In this document: one piece after another, positions 28,030-34,272 of the stretch | Layout of the letters: the number at the start of each line of letters is the position of its first letter | Position numbering within the stretch: position 1 is the first letter of the stretch | DNA from: a virus | Taxonomy: Duplodnaviria > Caudoviricetes | IMG/VR virus record: IMGVR_UViG_3300020476_000002 | Span: 1-59,966 of that record | Reading direction: 5' to 3' (one strand) | Length of the DNA: 59,966 bases | Notes under the pieces: model-generated | The model's input: the letters and a program-made list of their open reading frames with translations, nothing else | Databases searched by the model: none | What the model was told of the DNA's origin: nothing | Made by a program: the position numbers and the translations under genes

Positions 28030-28235
28030 GTCACCATAACAGGCTGACCTTGGCCCTGAGCACCAATACGATACGTTGCTGCCTAGACTTTCCGGTGCTG
28101 CCACTGAGTGACACTCCCCACCACGCCCAAGCTGGGCATTCCGCGACACTCCCCACCTTTCCGGTGCTGCCATGACGCTGCCTACCGCAGGAGACCCTAG
28201 CTTTCCGCACTATGCCCAAGCCCGCCCTTCCGTGT
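28030..28235 (-). ncRNA. phased GGH-NN pentamer array, candidate guide-RNA array
   Basis: 32 of 36 in-register pentamers start with G, 19 with GG, and none has G at position 3. A 16-nt direct repeat TGGCAGCACCGGAAAG recurs at 69-nt spacing. Confidence 0.7.
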
Positions 28236-28243
28236 CCTATATT

Positions 28244-28687
28244 TTATAACTCGTCTATAGCTAGACGCACATTCTCAAACTCATCGAATGCGGTTACTCG
28301 ATCACTCAAATTACGGAACCGAGTCTTATACATTGCAACAACCTGAGCACGCTGATCCGTGTCATTCATTGCAACCTCGACAGATACATACCCTTTTTCT
28401 TTTACGGGCTGCACCATCGCAGGAATTTTTACTTTCTTTATCCCATTACTAGGATGATCGTAAGTAACAGTAATTTTATAGTTAGCAATCAACGCACGAG
28501 CTTGCTGCAACCTGTACTTATCTGCTGCTGATGTATTATCCCAATCAAAATGCTTATGTAACACATGCTTAGGATCACGAGCAACTTCAACCACTGTCTC
28601 TGGTTGAACCGTCCCATACGTTGATTCAATATCTTCTAAAGCTATAAGAGTTTCAGAAGGATTCGTTTTAACTATCGAATGTTCCAT
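28244..28687 (-). CDS. partner of the Cas7-like gene, unknown function
   Basis: LHKHFDWDNTSAADKYRLQQARALI motif. Starts 1 nt after the RAMP-like stop. Confidence 0.7.
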   Translation of the reverse strand: MEHSIVKTNPSETLIALEDIESTYGTVQPETVVEVARDPKHVLHKHFDWDNTSAADKYRLQQARALIANYKITVTYDHPSNGIKKVKIPAMVQPVKEKGYVSVEVAMNDTDQRAQVVAMYKTRFRNLSDRVTAFDEFENVRLAIDEL

Positions 28688-29380
28688 TTATATTTCCTCA
28701 TATTTCGCTGGATCTAATGTGAATTGACCATACATACCAGTGTTCGACTGCGGTGAAGCTGGCCTCCATTCACCAACACCTCCCATACCTGCTGCTTCAA
28801 CAAGAGTATGGATACCTTCGAAATCAATTTGTGTAGGAATATATCTGACAGTCAATGTCGCTGACCATTCAGGATATGTAGCTCTCCATCGCAGATCAGC
28901 AGTTCCTTGCCCAACCCGAACAACATCTTCTCTACTTTCAGGCACCCCAATGATAGGTACAAGCTGATTCTGACCGAAGCCTTCAACGTAAAGCGCCGTT
29001 CTTAAACCGACCAACGTCACTTCCTTACCAAACAAACGGGAAGCACCAACAATCGCAGCCTTGAATCCAACAGCAGGGAAACCATCAGTTACCCCACTGG
29101 CCTTCTGAATATCGTCATCCAAAATATATCGAGAATCATTAAACGATTTCTCTGGATTACGAGGTGGTTTCTTTGTCTTAACACCCGGTGTTGTCATTAA
29201 CGCAGCCTTATTAGCAAACCGATTAACAATCAAAGGCGTAACACCTTTAATATAAATATCAACCGACGCCCGAGTAATCTTTTTCAAGCTCATCGCAGGC
29301 AATTCATGCTCAATAACAACTGGCTCAGGTTGTTTCACCTCAACTATTTTTTTCGTTGAAGTTGCTTTCTTTGTAGCCAT
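28688..29380 (-). CDS. solo Cas7/RAMP-like protein
   Basis: IKGVTPLIV first strand, FPAVGFKAAI helix, C-terminal Gly loop GMGGVGEWRP..GMYGQF; AGGAG RBS. Confidence 0.7.
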   Translation of the reverse strand: MATKKATSTKKIVEVKQPEPVVIEHELPAMSLKKITRASVDIYIKGVTPLIVNRFANKAALMTTPGVKTKKPPRNPEKSFNDSRYILDDDIQKASGVTDGFPAVGFKAAIVGASRLFGKEVTLVGLRTALYVEGFGQNQLVPIIGVPESREDVVRVGQGTADLRWRATYPEWSATLTVRYIPTQIDFEGIHTLVEAAGMGGVGEWRPASPQSNTGMYGQFTLDPAKYEEI

Positions 29381-29452
29381 AACTTTCTCCTTTATTTCAT
29401 TTAAGATCTATAAACGTCGCACCATTATTGGATACAACAACAAGCTAAAGAC

Positions 29453-29553
29453 GGGTGTCGATACCGGTTTGTGGTAGATCGAACGTGTCTACCTAGCAGA
29501 TCTCTATGAGTGCTGGTCGCTTTAATCACTCAGCAAATCCAGTATCGAATCCC
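29453..29553 (-). ncRNA. tRNA-like cloverleaf (non-canonical)
   Basis: Long closing stem, D-arm-like GCTGAGTGATTAAAGC, CTCATAG-containing loop, T-arm-like GGTAGA-CACGTTCGA-TCTACC. Confidence 0.4.
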
Positions 29554-29605
29554 AAGGAACCACACCAGTCTGGAAGGTGACTGATGTGGAACCTTTGGAC
29601 TCGAC

Positions 29606-30214
29606 CTAGGCGTAAAGCCCTTCTGAACGGTCGATTACCAATGCGTTCGTAGACATGTTCTCTACGGTACGGTTAATGTGTGCATCCAAGAGAACGCTTG
29701 CCTTGTTTTCACGCAACGCAATCTCTGTAGCCTTCTGATTTTCAAGACGTGAGAATGCCATCAACTCCCAATTCACCATCGGGCGACCAACATTACCACC
29801 ACGTGAGTAGTACTGAAGATCTGACGTAACGATGTCACCAATAGCGTTCTCAACTCGACGCCATGCTTCAACGTTGCTGTGATCTCGAACCCAAACTGTG
29901 TGATCCCACACGCCCTTCGCAGTCTCAGTCTTACCAACTGGGAACAGGACGATGCGATACTCAATAGACTCTGGGTTACGAACCTCAATGCCATTCTCTT
30001 TGCATGTCTCAATGTATTCTTTAGACACGGCCTTATCGTTAGCCCTGAACCACGTAGGTAGTGCAGTACTATCGTTGTAAGATGCGCTGAACTCTTGGAT
30101 CAGAGTGTCTGCGAGCACCATGTCACGCCAACCATCAGTCATCAATCCAAGATTGGATTCACGAACGAAGTTAACTATGTCGTTGCCGAGTAGCTCGGCT
30201 TTAGTTGCAGCCAT
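29606..30214 (-). CDS. hypothetical protein
   Basis: 202 aa with GAGG RBS. Confidence 0.7.
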   Translation of the reverse strand: MAATKAELLGNDIVNFVRESNLGLMTDGWRDMVLADTLIQEFSASYNDSTALPTWFRANDKAVSKEYIETCKENGIEVRNPESIEYRIVLFPVGKTETAKGVWDHTVWVRDHSNVEAWRRVENAIGDIVTSDLQYYSRGGNVGRPMVNWELMAFSRLENQKATEIALRENKASVLLDAHINRTVENMSTNALVIDRSEGLYA

Positions 30215-30346
30215 TACTGGCCTCTCTTTCTTTGTTTAAGCGACGTATCGCAGCAATATTTGCTAAGCCACGTCGCACTGTTTCTGGATCTAATCGCCAG
30301 ATTTGTTGTTTGTAGACCTCACGGACTACACGATCTCGTCTCGGCA

Positions 30347-30564
30347 TCAGAAGTGGCTCCCGTGTAGGGAGCAAGCGGCTTCGTCTTCCTCGGTGATTGG
30401 CAGGTCGTTCTCTAGGCAGCGCCGCAGCTTGTAGCAGGTGCAGTCAAGCTGGTAGGCGAAGCCGCTCTCTTCTTCTGAGCGGTAGCTTTGGGGGTCGCCC
30501 CAAACTGTGATCCAGAAGAGTTCTTCTGTTCTGGTAGCGAGCCGCTGTAGGTCGCGGCTTATGC
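30347..30564 (-). CDS. -1-frame extension of the 30807 gene (frameshift product or indel-split gene)
   Basis: Protein-like frame with no start of its own. Slippery C_CCA_AAA plus a hairpin at the junction. Confidence 0.4.
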
Positions 30565-30807
30565 TTTTGGGTCTGCGTCCAAGTCTCGGTAAACGATCGT
30601 GGTCTTGATCGAGCCGTAGTGAACGTTGTTTTCGTAGTTTGGAGTGTCGCCGTAGCTCTCGCGGAGCTTCCTTTGCAGTTCCGCAGTTTTCTTGCGGCCA
30701 CTCTCGTCGCATTTTGTGATGCGGGCCTTCCATGAGACCTGAAGTTCGGAAAATCCCTTCAGTTCAATCCATTCGGCCCATTCGGTCCGAAGCATTTTGG
30801 TTCTCAT
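30559..30807 (-). CDS. 82-aa hypothetical protein, first gene of the leftward arm
   Basis: Strong AGAAAGGAGG RBS before the ATG at 30807. Confidence 0.7.
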   Translation of the reverse strand: MRTKMLRTEWAEWIELKGFSELQVSWKARITKCDESGRKKTAELQRKLRESYGDTPNYENNVHYGSIKTTIVYRDLDADPKA

Positions 30808-30840
30808 GTGGTCCCTCCTTTCTCGTTGACAAGAGGTGGA

Positions 30841-31003
30841 TAACATGAGCCAGAGCCTTTAGGCCGAAGCCGGAAACCAACCGTGGGGAAGAAAGTTTCC
30901 AAAAATTCATGCGTTTGGGACAACCCGAATACTTGGAGGGTTGGCCCGAAATTTTGGAAAGTTTCAGGGGTCCCCCGGTTTGTTTTCGGGATGGCTCATG
31001 TTA
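30841..31003. repeat. long imperfect inverted repeat (rod-like structure)
   Basis: TAACATGAGCCA / TGGCTCATGTTA outer stem plus three nested stems. Confidence 0.75.
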
Positions 31004-31904
31004 AGCGAACGCTAACGCAAGCGAGGTTTCCCGAGGCTTCAGCCGACAGGAAACCCGGTGAAGTCGAGAGCGTGCTGGCTCTGGGCAACGAGATGGAGGG
31101 GCCACGAAGAACAAATGCGAGGCCAGAATGGGACAATGGATCAGAACGGGAGGGACCGGACTCAGGCCGAATGGAAGGCCACGCTACAAAATGTGACGGT
31201 GGCCCAAGAAAACCGCGAGAACAGCAAGCACAGCCTGCCTTGTCCTCGTACACAGAGCCGGCGACTCCAAACCGAAACAACGCACACGGAACGACGACCA
31301 TGATCGCCGAGACTAGCGACGCAGCACAAAGCAAAGCCGAACCTTCTGGATCACAGTCAGGGCTACCGCTACTTGGGCCACGGCACAAAGACGGCGTGAC
31401 CGGCACAACACCAAACAACAAACAAGACGTGTATGTCTGGCTGGGTGTGTGTGGGGGGGTGTGGTGTGTGGTCTTAGGCCCCTCGCCTCGTGTAGCAGGC
31501 GCACGAGCGAAGCGAGGCGATGTCTGCGACAGCAGGCAGCGCTACCCCCGAAGAATGAGGGGGGCGCCTGCGGTTGTTTGTACTGCAGATCAGTAGACGG
31601 TAAGGGGTGATGTGCCGAGACACCCGTCTTTACATAGATGATTATCGGTGTTTTGGTGTGTTTGGTTCAGTTGTTGTGCTGTGGGTGGTTTTGTCCTTGG
31701 TGTCCTCCGAGTGTTGGGGCCTCTCTTGCCTTGACCTAGCCTCGCTGTGCTGGTCGCTCTATGCCCCCCTGTGGTGTGGGCCGTCGTGTCTGGACATAGA
31801 GTCAGATGCCCCTCTGACGGGCGATCGGACCGGTGTTAGCGGCGAGTGCATTTGTACTGTATCATGTCGGGACGGGGGATCGAACCTATTTTGGAGATAA
31901 TGTA

Positions 31905-32342
31905 ATGGCAAAACTAGATAGAAGAAGTCCTAGCGCAGGTCCGGGTGATAATCGGCCACGTGGTGACGACGTAGTAGAGATTCCGGGGGATACTAATTAT
32001 CTTTTTGCGCTTTTCCCTCATCCAGCGACAGAAACTCGTACAGAACGTAGTGAACGGTTGTATGGGACTACGCTGCGACATGAAAACACTGGGCCTTACC
32101 GAAGTTCAGATCCCGGTCACTTTTATCAGGAAGGCCCCGGTAGGGGTAAGGGGAAGATAGTGAGTTCCACTAGTTCTCCGGCTGGCAAGTTTTCTATGCG
32201 TCACAAGTATCAGGCAAAAATCCAAAACGAGTTACGGGAAACGTATGGGGCGAGAGATTCGATTGGTGGGTCTTTACGGAAAAGTGGGCATGGAGTACAC
32301 GAAGGTGATGTGTCCATGAATAATCCACCCGAGTACAGGTAA
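31905..32342 (+). CDS. hypothetical protein
   Basis: ATG at 31905 after GGAG; first gene of the rightward arm. Confidence 0.6.
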   Translation: MAKLDRRSPSAGPGDNRPRGDDVVEIPGDTNYLFALFPHPATETRTERSERLYGTTLRHENTGPYRSSDPGHFYQEGPGRGKGKIVSSTSSPAGKFSMRHKYQAKIQNELRETYGARDSIGGSLRKSGHGVHEGDVSMNNPPEYR

Positions 32343-32346
32343 GATT

Positions 32347-32640
32347 ATGGCTAGAGGAAGAAAAGCACCTTCTCCATATAAACTCCCTCAGGGGAGTGAT
32401 TACGAGGTCTTCGATCTTGAATTCCTTATGTATGGGAATCAGGCTTTGGCTAAAGGCCATTCTTTGAGTGGTATCGCAGCGCATAATAAACGGCTTGCCG
32501 AGCAAGGTTTTACCCGTGGGGTTAACGCTGCTGATGTTTCTATGAATAATGCTCCTCACCCGAGGGTAGATACTCCTGTGAGTAGAGGGAGAGGATCGAA
32601 GAAAAGGGCAACAAAAAATACGAAAGGTAAAAGACCCTAA
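32347..32640 (+). CDS. basic hypothetical protein
   Basis: 97 aa, tightly packed. Shares DVSMNNxP with the upstream protein. Confidence 0.6.
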   Translation: MARGRKAPSPYKLPQGSDYEVFDLEFLMYGNQALAKGHSLSGIAAHNKRLAEQGFTRGVNAADVSMNNAPHPRVDTPVSRGRGSKKRATKNTKGKRP

Positions 32641-32780
32641 TGGCTTTTGACGAACTTGACGATAATGAAGAAGCTGCACGTATACGGATGCAAGAAGAAG
32701 CCACCGACCATATTTTTCGGTTGATGGACGGTGACGGCAACCAGTCCCGTATCAACGATGGGCAACCATCGGCCTCTTAA
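32640..32780 (+). CDS. 46-aa acidic protein
   Basis: TAATG-coupled; hand translation MAFDELDDNEEAAR... Confidence 0.5.
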   Translation: MAFDELDDNEEAARIRMQEEATDHIFRLMDGDGNQSRINDGQPSAS

Positions 32781-32786
32781 TTTACG

Positions 32787-33065
32787 ATGACAATCGAAGA
32801 TGTAGCTGAAAGAGCAGATGTTTGGTCTGAGGCAATCAAAAAGATTGTGAAATCTATTGCTGCTGCTGGTGTTGCGCTTGCGACCGGCATCGCAGCCCTT
32901 TTAGCGTGGTGGCCTTCGGGGGATTCCTCTGAAGAAACTCCGCCTTTGTTACAAGGAACAGGATATGGTCCACAGTGTTCTCAGCTTTACAATACAATCG
33001 ACCATAACTGGACTGAACAACAATGGTCGGTGTGGGAAAAACTACGAAAAGATTTAGGTTGCTAG
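32787..33065 (+). CDS. membrane-anchored hypothetical protein
   Basis: Hydrophobic helix IAAAGVALATGIAALLAWW. Confidence 0.6.
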   Translation: MTIEDVAERADVWSEAIKKIVKSIAAAGVALATGIAALLAWWPSGDSSEETPPLLQGTGYGPQCSQLYNTIDHNWTEQQWSVWEKLRKDLGC

Positions 33066-33074
33066 GAGGGAATT

Positions 33075-33281
33075 ATGCCAAATTCAGAATGCCCGAATTG
33101 CAATTGTGAATCATGCCCATGCAGTTGTAATCATTGCGACTGTTGTGGACATATGGACGGTTTGGAAAAAAAATTCAAACTTTCGATGTGTGCAGGACAA
33201 GGATTCAAGATTCGTCCTATCGTTAGAACATACCGATACGAAAAATATCATGTTTTACCGAAAGAAAGAGTTTTTAAGTAA
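33075..33281 (+). CDS. Cys-rich, metallothionein-like protein
   Basis: AGGAGG RBS; CPNCNCESCPCSCNHCDCC. Confidence 0.55.
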   Translation: MPNSECPNCNCESCPCSCNHCDCCGHMDGLEKKFKLSMCAGQGFKIRPIVRTYRYEKYHVLPKERVFK

Positions 33282-33724
33282 TGGCTGACGACCTTGAACA
33301 AGACTTCAAACAAATAAAAATAAGTCGGCTCACCCTCGGACTCATAATGTCTGTAGCAGTTACTTCTGGCGTCATCGTGTGGAACGCCGCCCAAGTAGCA
33401 GGCCGAATAGGAGAACTTGAAGACACAGTAAACCGAGTCGAACAAGACATGGGAGAGTTGCAAATCGAAACCGACCCCACAATCCTCCTCAGACTCGACT
33501 CATTAGAAGAAAAAATCGACGAGCTTGCCGATATGGACCACAATGTGGAACTTACGTCCCGTATCGTGGAACTCGAAGACTGGATTGAAGAACTTGACCG
33601 TGACAACGGTGAAGAACTGCGCTGGGAATTAGATGATTTGCATCATCGGTCGTGGGCTTTCGAAGAAACACTTCGTAGTCGCACATGGGGGGACGAGATG
33701 TTGCGAGAATTCTTAGGGTGGTAA
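33281..33724 (+). CDS. membrane protein with coiled coil
   Basis: One transmembrane segment followed by acidic heptads. Confidence 0.6.
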   Translation: MADDLEQDFKQIKISRLTLGLIMSVAVTSGVIVWNAAQVAGRIGELEDTVNRVEQDMGELQIETDPTILLRLDSLEEKIDELADMDHNVELTSRIVELEDWIEELDRDNGEELRWELDDLHHRSWAFEETLRSRTWGDEMLREFLGW

Positions 33725-33727
33725 CCC

Positions 33728-33970
33728 GTGAAGGTCTGGATCGACCAAGATCTTTGTACCGGTGACGGACTGTGTGCAGAAATATGTCCTGAAGTTTTCG
33801 TTATGCGAGATGACGGGCTTGCCTATGTGCAAGAAAACGGTCACGTGTTCGACGATCCGGGGGGTGCGTTTGGGTTAGCGAACTTCAAAGAAAGTGAATT
33901 AGAAGCTGTTATCGAATCAGCAGAAGAGTGTCCGGGGGAATGCATATATATTGAAGTAAGTTCTGGATAA
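33728..33970 (+). CDS. fdx: single-cluster ferredoxin (actinobacterial type)
   Basis: MKVWIDQDLCTGDGLCAEICP...EECPGECI (CxxDxxC...CP). Confidence 0.9.
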   Translation: MKVWIDQDLCTGDGLCAEICPEVFVMRDDGLAYVQENGHVFDDPGGAFGLANFKESELEAVIESAEECPGECIYIEVSSG

Positions 33971-34263
33971 TGGTTATTTACGGTTGCAATTGTGAAGAAG
34001 AAGAATGCATTTGTCACTTCTACCATTACGACTGTGCTTGCGATCATTGCCCTGACTGTGCAGACGACTGTTTCTGTTTCGATTATGCAGAAGAAATAGC
34101 CGGATCAGACGATATAGAACCTATGACTCTTATGGAAATTTTTGAACAACACCCCGAATTGTTAGGGGAACGTTTAGATGAAGTGTTACTTGATCCTTTC
34201 GAGGATGACGAAATAATTGAATGTGATTTAGAGAACCCAGATATTTGTGAATCGTGCCAATAA
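33970..34263 (+). CDS. Cys-rich acidic protein
   Basis: Ten N-terminal Cys; C-terminus ECDLENPDICESCQ. Confidence 0.6.
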   Translation: MVIYGCNCEEEECICHFYHYDCACDHCPDCADDCFCFDYAEEIAGSDDIEPMTLMEIFEQHPELLGERLDEVLLDPFEDDEIIECDLENPDICESCQ

Positions 34264-34272
34264 GGGGCCACA

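Noticed and set aside
28088-28172. Canonical CRISPR mini-array from the 16-nt direct repeat
   Set aside because: Only two exact copies, too short and non-palindromic. The 'spacers' are themselves periodic, and no adaptation genes are present.
28031-28219. 62-aa ORF over the pentamer array
   Set aside because: No convincing RBS, and the composition follows the repeat. Period 5 is not codon-compatible.
29453-29553. Functional tRNA-Met
   Set aside because: 12-nt anticodon loop, 9-nt T-loop, extended acceptor stem and no CCA. Kept only as tRNA-like.
29414-30278. GTGCGACGT 9-mer upstream of two consecutive leftward genes
   Set aside because: Only two copies at different spacing, and one is part of a hairpin. 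Insufficient to call an operator.
30883-31900. ORFs 30883..31596, 30996..31421, 31058..31303 and 31607..31900
   Set aside because: Low-complexity translations over skewed, structured DNA where stop codons are depleted by composition. Treated as non-coding.
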